Shown here: piece after piece, positions 54,769-64,000 of the stretch
Position numbering within the stretch: position 1 is the first letter of the stretch
Layout: every line of letters begins with the position of its first letter
DNA from: Candidatus Poseidoniaceae archaeon
GTDB lineage: Archaea; Thermoplasmatota; Poseidoniia; Poseidoniales; Poseidoniaceae
Length of the DNA: 64,000 bases
Assembly: GCA_938075675.1 (NCBI GenBank)
Contig: CALJHE010000003.1
Span: 51,738-115,737 of the forward strand
Direction: 5' to 3'
Translations under genes and position numbers: made by a program
Notes under the pieces: generated by a model
Seen by the model: only the letters and a program-made list of their open reading frames with translations
Told to the model about the DNA's origin: nothing
The model's database searches: none

Positions 54769-55680
54769 TTAGTGCTTCTTCGGCTGGATGTCCGATGCGT
54801 TGGGTTGTTCCTCCGTTCGGCCGATATAGTGGGAGTTTTCGGGGCCATCTTGGAGTGATATTGTGATGTCCCCACTAAACACTTCGTCGATGTGATACAA
54901 AACTGTGGATTCAGCTAAGTGTGGTTGATTGTTCTTTTCTGAAAGGTGAGTCAAGGAAATACTGCGTGTGGCCGGTGTACAAACTTGTGCCAAGAATTGG
55001 CCGGTTTGGTCGTTGGATAAGTGACCTCCTCGTCCACTGATGCGGTCTTTCAGCGAGAACGGATACGGTCCGTTCATCAAACGGTTGTGGTCGTAGTTTG
55101 CTTCAATTGCTATGTGCTCACATCCTCGAACATGAGTGATTAATTCATCCGTCCAAGAACCCAAATCTGTGATGACTGCTGCCCTTTGTCCGTTGTGGCT
55201 GGCAACAAAGGCGACATTATCTGCTCCCGAATGAGGTACTGGCACAGGTAGGATCGAAAGGTCGTCACTGACTTGAATCAAATCCAGCGAGTCAAAATAA
55301 TGTGTTAATTCTGTTTGTAGGCCCAACTCTTCTGCGGTTCGATGGTTTGCTTGAACTTTCATCTTCCAACGTTTTTGGGCGACCAGTGCGCCACCACCAT
55401 GGTCTCCGTGATGGTGACTAACGAAGATGTAATCAATTTCAGTTGGATGGATGTTGAGTCGAGCAAGTCGTTTCTCTAATTGTGCTCCACTGAATCCTTG
55501 ATCGATGAGAACTTTCGCCTGTTCGGTCTCAAGCAAAGTAGCGTTTCCGCGACTGCCTGTTCCGAGGTGGGTCAGTACCATTGTCATCTCAATCGTGTCT
55601 ACTGGTCGCGAGAGGCCTTTGAAGACACCGCCTTTTCCGTTTGAATTGTCGCCCTTTCCGGTGTATCTCACTTCTTCCAT
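54769..55680 (-). CDS. MBL-fold metallo-hydrolase
   Basis: HHHGDH metal-binding motif. A likely true start is the internal ATG at about 55587 (MTMVLTHLGTGS). A G/C-rich hairpin separates it from the downstream pilin-like gene. Confidence 0.6.
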   Translation of the reverse strand: MEEVRYTGKGDNSNGKGGVFKGLSRPVDTIEMTMVLTHLGTGSRGNATLLETEQAKVLIDQGFSGAQLEKRLARLNIHPTEIDYIFVSHHHGDHGGGALVAQKRWKMKVQANHRTAEELGLQTELTHYFDSLDLIQVSDDLSILPVPVPHSGADNVAFVASHNGQRAAVITDLGSWTDELITHVRGCEHIAIEANYDHNRLMNGPYPFSLKDRISGRGGHLSNDQTGQFLAQVCTPATRSISLTHLSEKNNQPHLAESTVLYHIDEVFSGDITISLQDGPENSHYIGRTEEQPNASDIQPKKH

Positions 55681-55820
55681 GGGGCGGATTAGGGTGTTTA
55701 TTCGAGTTCATTTCAGGGTCGATTATTTCGGCTCTGTCCGAACATCGCTCCATCATCCTCATAAGTGTCTTGAGAAGCATGTTAACTTGCGAAGCGTATG
55801 CTTTGTAGGCTGGTCTCCAA

Positions 55821-58800
55821 ATGCGACGAAGTATAACCACTCTTCTAACAACCCTTGCTGTTGTGGCAAGTTTGCTTTTCATGTCCCAATTTCCGGCTGT
55901 TTCATCGGTGTCGAATCTTCACCCAGATACGACGGATGGTTCTAAACCGCCGACGACGGACACCGATGGGGATAAAATTCCAGATGTTCACGAAAACCTA
56001 TTCTCAGAATGGATGAATTGGACCGCAGTGGACGGACGTGCGGTCGTTATAGAAGGCATGGACAGCAATGACGCATCGGACGCTTTGATTGATTCGGATA
56101 TGGATGGGTTGAATGCGACAGAGGAATATTGCTGGCCATATCCTGCCAACTGTACAGCCCCAGGTTTCCCACGTGGATTAACAGGTACAGTGGACGATGA
56201 AGGTGAACGTTCGTATCTTGACCCCCGTATTGCAGACACCGATGGTGATGGGATGCCAGATGGTTATGAAGCCTACATGTGTGAACGTGTTGGCGGATAC
56301 AATGTCTTCTCGTTCAAGTACGAATGCAATACATTTGATCCACTCAATGCTTCTGATTTGTATGATGATCCGGACGAGGACGGTTTTGATGTTAATCGGG
56401 ACGGAGTTTTATCCACGACGGAACGATTTTCCTCACCGGAAGAATACATTTACGGTGCTCCAGATAACCATACGAATGAGCTCGACGGCCTTTGGTGCTC
56501 TGCAACATTACCCGAAGGTTCTGTGTTTGAAAATTGGCCGTTCATCCCGACTGGTGCAAACGCTACATTCCAAAACATTCTCTCAGCATGCACCGAGAAT
56601 GCTACTATGGTTATCGACGAAGATATCTGGCTTGGGACCGACCCACTACTTGCTGACTCTGACCGCTATCATTGGGATGGATATTCCATTCGCCGTTTAT
56701 TCCCGTCATTTGGTGACGGTATTCCCGACGGCTGGGAAGTCCACTTTGGCCTCGAGCCATTGAACAGAACCAACGCTTTACTTGACCCAGACAACGATGG
56801 ATGGGATGCAAACCGTGACGGTGGCGTATCTCCGGATGTTAGCCGCACCCTCACTGCCCTTGCTCTCGGTGAATCACTTTCGACACTTGAGGAGTATTAT
56901 GTCCATGATGACAATGGCAATTCAGTTCTTCCAGGCATGAAAACAGCCCTTCTCGGGACTCAAGATGACAGCGTTGAATATGTGCCGCTGAGTTTTAATT
57001 CGCCATCAGATGAGATGAGTCTCATCCATTATGATTTACGCGACATGGATGCAGACAGTACAACGGTCTATGCAACAACGCGCTACGGTTTGACCGTCTT
57101 TGATTACGACGAGATGTTAAGCTCTGACCATTGGATGCCAGAAGGCATTGAATTGCATTCGTCCTTGCTACTTGCTCAAGATGGCCAAAACTTCGCTTTA
57201 GCCATCGCCTCCAGTGCTGGCCTTGCTGTGGCGCCTCTACAAGCAGACGGAGACTTGGGCCCATTGAATACGTGGTCTTGGTCTCTTTCCGAGGAACTTT
57301 TTGCGCTCACAGTACTCGCCATTGACGGTCAAAACACTCACGTTCTTGGTTTGGGTGATGCCGGTGAAGGTTCGGTATTCGAGATTTCATCTTCTGCTGA
57401 AATTGCAGACCAATTTGCGATTTCTCCCGATTTAGAAACTGCGCTGCGACAATCAAACGCTTCAGTTACGCATTTAGCTCACGGCCCTGCAGGTGGAGGT
57501 GCAAACATGCTCTTTGTCGGTACTGACCGTGGATTACTGTCCGGTGAGACAACCACTGCCCGTGATGAGTTCGAAGCCAACTGGAGGTTTTTCTATACCC
57601 CGGAAACGACACCATTCCCTACTGCAATCGATGAGCTGCGTTCGCTTTCGCTTGGCATGGTTGCGAACCCTGCTGAAGTTCGAACCATGATTCTCGATGG
57701 TCCGAATGCTGCAAATGCACAGGTCCTATGGTTCGGGACACCATCAGGTGTTCACATGCTGAACTTGGTGGATAACTCAATCTCCCATAGTGGTCTATTG
57801 GAACACCCTGGTGTTGAAGGACGATATGTTCGCGAGTACAACAACATCCACTCACTGCACACAACCGGTGACGAAGTGTTGGTTGGCTCAGTCAAAGGAA
57901 TGTGGGCAATCTCCGGTGATTATTCTGCAGTCTATGGATTCCAAGAGCAAGAAACCATCTACGGTGAAATAGTGACCATTCAATCGTTGCTCATCGACGG
58001 GAACACCACCGTATTGACCGGTTCATCCCCTGGGCAATATGCTAATCTTGAACTCATCAACCCGGGTGCAAATGACTCCGATAACGATGGAATGCCTGAC
58101 GGCTGGGAAGTCGCAAACGGTTTAGATCCAACCGATCCTTGGGATTCACTGTTCGATGCGGACAGCGACGGCCTCGACCTCGATCAAGCAGACGATGGAT
58201 TCCTTGAGAGACTGTGGACGAACCTTGACGAATACAGATTTGTATCTAACTCCCTGAACGGGTATAATTCAACAAATCCGAAGGTCGGCGACACCGATGG
58301 TGATGGCTTAGGTGATGGAAGCGAATATTTCGGTTTCTTCTATGAGACCTCTAACCTGTGGTGTCACTATACTGTCCAAATGGAATACGTCTGTGGTGAT
58401 GCGGCGGGATTGGCAGCAAACGATACCTATCTTGCCTTGTCAAGCAGCGATCGAGGTACCGACCCGACAAACTTCGATAGTGATGGCGACGGAATGCCTG
58501 ATGGATGGGAAATTGAACATCGCAGGTGGATTGGTTCTTCGTTCAACGGAGGCAACAATTGGACACTTGACCCGAACCGTGCAGATGATGCAAATTGGGA
58601 TGCTGATCGAGATGGACTCGCAAACTTGTGTGAGTACCAATGGTCTGTAGTCCGCAATGCTGCAGTTGATGGACTGTTGTTCGAATCACATGGCGAGTCT
58701 GTCAATTCAAGCATGGAATGGTTTGATGCAGATCCAAACAACATCGATTCTGACGGAGATTCATTGCCAGATGGTTGGGAATCAGGGGGCTCGTGCACAT

Positions 58801-61574
58801 GGGATCCTTCTCGGCAAGGTGTCAATCCACTCAATGCATCGGACATCTTTGAAAACCCTGATGGCGATGGATACGATATCAATCACAACGGTATTCTTGA
58901 GGAGAATGAGGCATTTGTCAACTACCTCGAATTCCATGTTCGTTCGGACTTGTTCAATGCAAATCAAACCCTTGCTGGAGTCCCTCTTCCTGATGGATTC
59001 AGCACGGACTTGTTTACCAATATCAGCCTTAACGGCGCTCCAGAGGCAACGTTCGGCGAGCGTGCTTCTGGTTCGGTCACGGCTCTTCAATCAAGAACAA
59101 GTGTAGGTTCATCAGACCCATTGAATGCGGATTCTGATGCCGACGGAATGCCGGATGGGTGGGAAATCTGGTTTGCACGATGGAACATTTTGGACGATGC
59201 CTGGACATTGAATCCGCTTGATTCTTCTGACCGCTGGCAAGATGCCGATGACGACGGGATGGCAAATTGGGAAGAATACAATGCGATTGCCCCTGAGTAT
59301 TCTGAGACTGATCCGGATCGCTCTGCACCTCAATGGTTCGTTACGACCGTTGGTTCGGCATTTGCACTACAGCAGTGGCCTGGAAACAGCGTTGAATACT
59401 CTTTTGGCTCGTTCATTGAATCGGACCAAATCAATATCTCTGGTTGGACATCCGATCCAAATAATGTTGATACAGACGGGGACGGTATGATCGATGGAAT
59501 TGAACAATTGTTCACTTCGTGGAATCTGTCTGCAGGGCGCTGGACTCTGAATCCGTTGGTTGCTGGTGATGGCTTGTTCGACGGTGATGGTGACGGACTT
59601 ACCGACAGCCAAGAATTTGCTGTTGCGACAGAAAACCCCGAGAATGGGGTGGAACATCCATCTGACGCTCCACTGCTCCACTTAGACGGTGATGTACAAC
59701 AGCCTACCGAGAAAGCCCAGCGTGTATTCAATATTCTGATTACCAAAGAAACTCGTGGCAAGAGATTGCTGGCAGATTTTAATGACTGGCAAGCCGGAGT
59801 GCCTCCGAACGCAATTTTATCGACGCTCTTAGGCATGTCAGATCCGACAAATCCGGATACTGATGATGATGGCATGTATGATGGCTTCGAATACTGGTTC
59901 ACTGAATGGGATTTAGAGGAGAATCGTTGGAGCATGAATCCACTCATTGACAGCGACGTTAATCTCGATTCTGATGGCGATAGTTTCGACTGCGATGGTG
60001 ACGGTAACATCTCAATGGACGAGCGATTCTCGAATTTACGTGAATGGGAATCAAGAACCTATGGCAAGTATAGCGAGCGCTTCTCAGTACCACCTGCTGC
60101 AGGTCTCATCGACTTTGGCGAAGATGCGATTCAAGCTTATATGGAGGAACTTGGTTTTACTTCAGCACAGGCACAACAAGCGTTGTATGTTGACTTTGCA
60201 TCGAAGAGTCAAGAAAGTTCAGACAGAATGCTTATGATTAACGAATTCAATGAAGAGAACTTCAACCGAACTTTACTCGGAGTTGCTGACCCGACCGATA
60301 CTGATTCTGACTCTGATGGTATCGATGACGGTTGGGAATATTGCTATGCACTGTATGGAATGGATGACCCGACCACAATCAACCACTGGGCTTCCAATCC
60401 ACTCAATCCTTGGGATGTAAACTACGATGGTGACCATGATGGATGGTACGACCGCTCAGCGTTTGATCAACCTGCTGAACAGGGAACGTGGCTTGAACGT
60501 ACTTTTACACCAAGTACGTCCATCGTACAGTCGGGTGTCGGCGACTTGCCGTTCACCAATTGGATGGAATGGGATAACCAAACACGCCCCGACTTGAACG
60601 ATTCTGATGGTGATAGTGTCTCGTATACAACAGTGGTTTCAAACGGACAAGTTGTTTCACACGAGCAAGATTTCAATCTTTCAGATGGTCGTGAAGTATT
60701 CAAGTATGGAATAAATCCAAGCGATAACGATTCCGATGGTGACATGATTCCAGACTGGTATGAATATGCGAAGGCTTGGAATGAAGATAATGATAACTAC
60801 AGTACATTCATGCAAATTCGAGTGGTATGGATTGATGCTGCTACTGGCGGAGCATGTACAACAGATACGAATTCATGTCTTCCACTCTCACAACAGGGAG
60901 CAGAGGGTGTCTTATCTCGTCCAGAGTTGTCGTTTACATGGTTTACCATGAATCCTGCAGACCCGCTTGATGCAAACTTTGATCCTGACCAAGACGGTAA
61001 TTGGGACTGTTCTGGTGCAGGTTGTGTTTACGAACCTTACACCAACTTCCAGGAATTTTTTGCAATCACGACACCTGACCTTTCTTCACCGAATGCAGTG
61101 CGCCTTAGTGGCCTTATCTACGACGGGGAAATTGTTCTGGAATGGTGGCAACTACGGGCTGCTTTGCTGAAATTGGATGAGACCGGTTCAAGCGCAGAAA
61201 ATTACCTTAAGATGGACAAATCGTTCGGAAATGATATTCGGTTTGCATATGTGGTCGATGACAAGGATACGAACTTCCTTCTTTTGGATTCGAGTAATGA
61301 TGAAGTATTGCTTGCAGGAAATCTTACTGATGCTTGGGAAATTTACTATGTTGGCTCTCCAAATACCGCCCCAGTGCGTTCCGTTGGCGAGCATGAATTC
61401 GGATGGTATCTCTTGGATTATGATAACGACCACATTGCTGAAGGAACGGATCCAACCAATTGGGATTCGGATGGCGATTGGATGGTTGACTGGTTTGAAG
61501 TTCATGATGACGAAGAAGACGGCATCCGTGGAGACTCATCTCCGATTCGTTATGATTCACGCCAAACCGGATGA
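55821..61574 (+). CDS. giant secreted Ca-binding repeat protein (thrombospondin-type-3-like DxDxDGxxDxxE repeats, >20 copies) with central beta-propeller-like region
   Basis: Signal peptide. Repeats include DTDGDGMPDGYE, DSDGDGMPDGWE, DSDADGMPDGWE, DTDGDGMIDGIE, DTDDDGMYDGFE and DSDSDGIDDGWE. No C-terminal TM helix. Confidence 0.6.
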   Translation: MRRSITTLLTTLAVVASLLFMSQFPAVSSVSNLHPDTTDGSKPPTTDTDGDKIPDVHENLFSEWMNWTAVDGRAVVIEGMDSNDASDALIDSDMDGLNATEEYCWPYPANCTAPGFPRGLTGTVDDEGERSYLDPRIADTDGDGMPDGYEAYMCERVGGYNVFSFKYECNTFDPLNASDLYDDPDEDGFDVNRDGVLSTTERFSSPEEYIYGAPDNHTNELDGLWCSATLPEGSVFENWPFIPTGANATFQNILSACTENATMVIDEDIWLGTDPLLADSDRYHWDGYSIRRLFPSFGDGIPDGWEVHFGLEPLNRTNALLDPDNDGWDANRDGGVSPDVSRTLTALALGESLSTLEEYYVHDDNGNSVLPGMKTALLGTQDDSVEYVPLSFNSPSDEMSLIHYDLRDMDADSTTVYATTRYGLTVFDYDEMLSSDHWMPEGIELHSSLLLAQDGQNFALAIASSAGLAVAPLQADGDLGPLNTWSWSLSEELFALTVLAIDGQNTHVLGLGDAGEGSVFEISSSAEIADQFAISPDLETALRQSNASVTHLAHGPAGGGANMLFVGTDRGLLSGETTTARDEFEANWRFFYTPETTPFPTAIDELRSLSLGMVANPAEVRTMILDGPNAANAQVLWFGTPSGVHMLNLVDNSISHSGLLEHPGVEGRYVREYNNIHSLHTTGDEVLVGSVKGMWAISGDYSAVYGFQEQETIYGEIVTIQSLLIDGNTTVLTGSSPGQYANLELINPGANDSDNDGMPDGWEVANGLDPTDPWDSLFDADSDGLDLDQADDGFLERLWTNLDEYRFVSNSLNGYNSTNPKVGDTDGDGLGDGSEYFGFFYETSNLWCHYTVQMEYVCGDAAGLAANDTYLALSSSDRGTDPTNFDSDGDGMPDGWEIEHRRWIGSSFNGGNNWTLDPNRADDANWDADRDGLANLCEYQWSVVRNAAVDGLLFESHGESVNSSMEWFDADPNNIDSDGDSLPDGWESGGSCTWDPSRQGVNPLNASDIFENPDGDGYDINHNGILEENEAFVNYLEFHVRSDLFNANQTLAGVPLPDGFSTDLFTNISLNGAPEATFGERASGSVTALQSRTSVGSSDPLNADSDADGMPDGWEIWFARWNILDDAWTLNPLDSSDRWQDADDDGMANWEEYNAIAPEYSETDPDRSAPQWFVTTVGSAFALQQWPGNSVEYSFGSFIESDQINISGWTSDPNNVDTDGDGMIDGIEQLFTSWNLSAGRWTLNPLVAGDGLFDGDGDGLTDSQEFAVATENPENGVEHPSDAPLLHLDGDVQQPTEKAQRVFNILITKETRGKRLLADFNDWQAGVPPNAILSTLLGMSDPTNPDTDDDGMYDGFEYWFTEWDLEENRWSMNPLIDSDVNLDSDGDSFDCDGDGNISMDERFSNLREWESRTYGKYSERFSVPPAAGLIDFGEDAIQAYMEELGFTSAQAQQALYVDFASKSQESSDRMLMINEFNEENFNRTLLGVADPTDTDSDSDGIDDGWEYCYALYGMDDPTTINHWASNPLNPWDVNYDGDHDGWYDRSAFDQPAEQGTWLERTFTPSTSIVQSGVGDLPFTNWMEWDNQTRPDLNDSDGDSVSYTTVVSNGQVVSHEQDFNLSDGREVFKYGINPSDNDSDGDMIPDWYEYAKAWNEDNDNYSTFMQIRVVWIDAATGGACTTDTNSCLPLSQQGAEGVLSRPELSFTWFTMNPADPLDANFDPDQDGNWDCSGAGCVYEPYTNFQEFFAITTPDLSSPNAVRLSGLIYDGEIVLEWWQLRAALLKLDETGSSAENYLKMDKSFGNDIRFAYVVDDKDTNFLLLDSSNDEVLLAGNLTDAWEIYYVGSPNTAPVRSVGEHEFGWYLLDYDNDHIAEGTDPTNWDSDGDWMVDWFEVHDDEEDGIRGDSSPIRYDSRQTG

Positions 61575-61640
61575 ACGAAGTCTCACCCGTAGGGGTATAA
61601 TTCAAAGGCCATAGCGCCTGTGGTTGCACGGGGAGCAGAT

Positions 61641-64000
61641 ATGCAAAACGAAATTTCCAGTGGGCGCGGCATTATGTTCGTACTTTTTTTCATCATGGTC
61701 CTGTCTCCAATGGGCCCTTTGGCGGAAGTTTTCGTTGGTTCAGCAGATGCTGCAGGTGTATCTCGCCACGTCTATGAGTTCAGTGACGGTTCGACAGAAC
61801 ACGTTGCATTGTATCAAGGTGCGAATCCTGATATTGGGGCTGAAATCTCTTTGCCCAAAGGGGCACTCGTCACTGAAGTTTCAATGACACTTTCTGGAGC
61901 GTCTGCGACAGGATGGAGCCAATCAGTTACCGATGACCGTGATGAATGGTTTGCTGGTAGCGCCTCTTCAACCGACTCGCGAAGCGGCGATTTGAGCCTT
62001 GAGTTGGCAAACAGTTCTTCGAACTTCTTCGCACACGGATACGATGAAACTACAAATCCAACTTCTGATGCATGGCTGGACAACGGCTCATATGCTGTTC
62101 GGCAACCTCACACCTCCAACTCGACAGAAAGCAGATTTTCTCAGCAAGTCCTCAAGTCCTCGAATGCAATGATGAAACAAAGTCAGGGTGCAGTACTCAA
62201 GCATCACGACTGGTTGTTCATGTCAACTTGGAGTTCCTCAACGTTCCAAAACATTGTTCACAGACTCTATCCTAACAATGCTACGAAAGAATCGGTCATT
62301 ACATTGGACCAAGCCCAATGCACTCTTCCAAATCTACACTCATCCTCATACTATGCAAACTATGGATTCCGAGATTGGACGATTACCGATGATGAGCGTA
62401 TGTTTGCCATATTGTCAGGATACAAATACCACTATTCATCTTCAGCACCGACGCAGTACCATCGCGTTTTAGAAATGGATATCTCAAGGGATGATGTTTG
62501 GACCTGTATAGACTCTTATGATGTGTCTCCGCAGTATTCTGACTATACTGCAATTGCATACGATCGCACGACGGAAGATGTTTGGATTGTACACAACGCA
62601 CAGCGAAGGATTGTTCCTTACACATTCGGTGAAACTCCTGATGGGACATACACTCGTGGAGATGACATGTATTCGTATTCATCCACATCTGGTAGCTCTT
62701 GGGAGTGTGGCAAGACTGGACAACAAGTTCGCGGGTTGGAAGTGAACGAAACGACGTTCTTCATGCGTTGTCAAAAAGGCTCAACGAGCCAAGACAAGGA
62801 CCAACTGGAAGCATGGACCATCTCTGGATCCTCAACTTCTCTGGTTCCTCAGTCCGGAACACGCCTCCTTTCAGCACTCGGTTATGGATTGCAATTTGAT
62901 GGTTCACGGTTTGTCACAATTGATTGTGGCTACTCGACCTGGTCGTCCTCGACGCTTTACTATCGTGAATATGGCACTGGATGGCAATTCAAGACCACGC
63001 CTGCGCCTGGCACTACCACTTGGCTTGGTCCGATGATGAAATCCAGTGAACCAGTACTTGCTGCAAACATGCAGACCTACTGGTCGGCAGCATCGATTGG
63101 TGACCGTGTTGATTACTGGATTTCTGCCGATAACGGCACGCATTGGGAACCAGTAACATCCAATTCGACGATTCACTTTGATTATCCCGGTACGGAATTG
63201 ATTTGGAAAGCACAACTCATTGGTTCAACAGCAGTTTCATGGTGGGTTGATGTCGAATCTGCCACAGAATATGCCACCTCTGGCAGTTGGACTTCACCGC
63301 CACAGGTCACGGGTACCAAGGTCGGTAAGGTTCGCCCCAACTGGCAAGCAGATGTTCCAGCAGGGACTTCTGTTCTTGTACAAGTTTCAAACGATAACGG
63401 TTCATCTTGGTTGCCTGCCCTTAACAATCAAGAAGTCAGTTTCCCATCTACCGAAGCAGGCGATACCATTCGCTACGCAATCAGTATGACCTCATCCGAC
63501 GCTTCCCTGACTCCGCTCATTGATTCAGTAACGATGGAGTACGAAGAGGGCTATCCCGATCGACCCAAGATTGATATCGGCAACGACCTTATTTGGGATT
63601 GGGAATCGGTTCTCTTCCTCAACGAATCATCCGTTATTGCCAGTGATATGTCCATCGTTAATGCTGAAGTCAAGTCGCAACCTACACTTGTTCAGGCGTT
63701 TAATTCATTTATTCCTCAGAACGGTGACGGTGATGTCACCATTCCGATAGCCATTAAGGCAGCAACACCAGGACGTGTGAAAATCTCCAATATTGATGTT
63801 ACATACAAGTTACAGACGAGGGCGGTAGATGCCTCACTCGAAGGTGGAATGATTTCCCCAGATGGAGTTTTCAGAAATTTGCATGTTCGGGTTGCGCCCG
63901 GGGATGATGTCGACCGTGTGACAAGTGCACTTGTGGCACTTGACAATTCATACGGTGAAAACCCTGAATTTGAATGGGAACGTGGTGACACATGTTCAGT
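61641..64000 (+). CDS. secreted hypothetical surface protein, partial (continues beyond window end)
   Basis: I translated this frame myself from ATG 61641 (MQNEISSGRGIMFVLFFIMVLSPMG...). There is no stop codon through position 64000. It is not in the ORF track because it is unterminated. A TATA-like GTATAATT lies about 35 nt upstream. Confidence 0.5.
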   Translation, partial: MQNEISSGRGIMFVLFFIMVLSPMGPLAEVFVGSADAAGVSRHVYEFSDGSTEHVALYQGANPDIGAEISLPKGALVTEVSMTLSGASATGWSQSVTDDRDEWFAGSASSTDSRSGDLSLELANSSSNFFAHGYDETTNPTSDAWLDNGSYAVRQPHTSNSTESRFSQQVLKSSNAMMKQSQGAVLKHHDWLFMSTWSSSTFQNIVHRLYPNNATKESVITLDQAQCTLPNLHSSSYYANYGFRDWTITDDERMFAILSGYKYHYSSSAPTQYHRVLEMDISRDDVWTCIDSYDVSPQYSDYTAIAYDRTTEDVWIVHNAQRRIVPYTFGETPDGTYTRGDDMYSYSSTSGSSWECGKTGQQVRGLEVNETTFFMRCQKGSTSQDKDQLEAWTISGSSTSLVPQSGTRLLSALGYGLQFDGSRFVTIDCGYSTWSSSTLYYREYGTGWQFKTTPAPGTTTWLGPMMKSSEPVLAANMQTYWSAASIGDRVDYWISADNGTHWEPVTSNSTIHFDYPGTELIWKAQLIGSTAVSWWVDVESATEYATSGSWTSPPQVTGTKVGKVRPNWQADVPAGTSVLVQVSNDNGSSWLPALNNQEVSFPSTEAGDTIRYAISMTSSDASLTPLIDSVTMEYEEGYPDRPKIDIGNDLIWDWESVLFLNESSVIASDMSIVNAEVKSQPTLVQAFNSFIPQNGDGDVTIPIAIKAATPGRVKISNIDVTYKLQTRAVDASLEGGMISPDGVFRNLHVRVAPGDDVDRVTSALVALDNSYGENPEFEWERGDTCS

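Noticed and set aside
1-64000. CRISPR arrays, cas genes, integrases, transposases, IS elements
   Set aside because: No regularly spaced direct repeats and no recombinase or transposase-like ORFs were found on either strand, despite two tRNA genes at block boundaries.

Overview
Archaeal chromosomal window (my inference). CarS, AglB/STT3, two-subunit GMP synthase, archaeal-type pilin N-termini and tRNAs without encoded CCA point to an archaeon. Giant Ca-binding surface proteins and a moderate GC content suggest, unproven, a marine planktonic Thermoplasmatota/MGII-like lineage.

Positions 1-13.5 kb are mostly housekeeping. On the minus strand there is a thiamine-type ABC transporter with an HTH-ThiN (ThiR-like) regulator. 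On the plus strand follow a PLP decarboxylase, a membrane-anchored alpha/beta hydrolase, gcvT-gcvPA-gcvPB, purE and GMP synthase subunit B, then tRNA-Asn.

Positions 13.5-26.4 kb form one minus-strand gene run that I read as an extracellular-DNA / nucleoside scavenging neighbourhood. It comprises thymidine phosphorylase, a 2OG oxygenase, a BI-1/YccA-like protein, a 1630-aa secreted enzyme with six lamin-tail domains (LTD) and a duplicated PLD-type HKD motif, a TctA/DUF112-like permease, and a membrane-anchored OB-fold/Ca-binding protein. An HD-domain dNTPase-like gene is transcribed divergently from the run, followed by tRNA-Met.

From 26.5 kb to the window end is a cell-surface island:
- three hypothetical secreted/membrane proteins, CarS and purD;
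- a 3207-aa oligosaccharyltransferase (AglB/STT3 core with WWDYG) fused to an extra N-terminal polytopic domain and a roughly 2200-aa extracellular extension with a C-terminal TM anchor;
- a membrane-anchored S8 subtilase, a 1465-aa beta-helix surface protein, and a wHTH-NB-ARC-TPR STAND protein;
- a translationally coupled operon of three proteins with archaeal class-III (type IV pilin-like) N-termini, downstream of an MBL-fold hydrolase gene;
- a 1917-aa protein packed with thrombospondin-type-3-like Ca-binding repeats, and a further secreted protein running off the end.

I found no CRISPR array, integrase or transposase. The ORF track uses TTG/GTG starts, so I re-picked several starts. The track also omits two edge-truncated genes (<1..1561 minus; 61641..>64000 plus).
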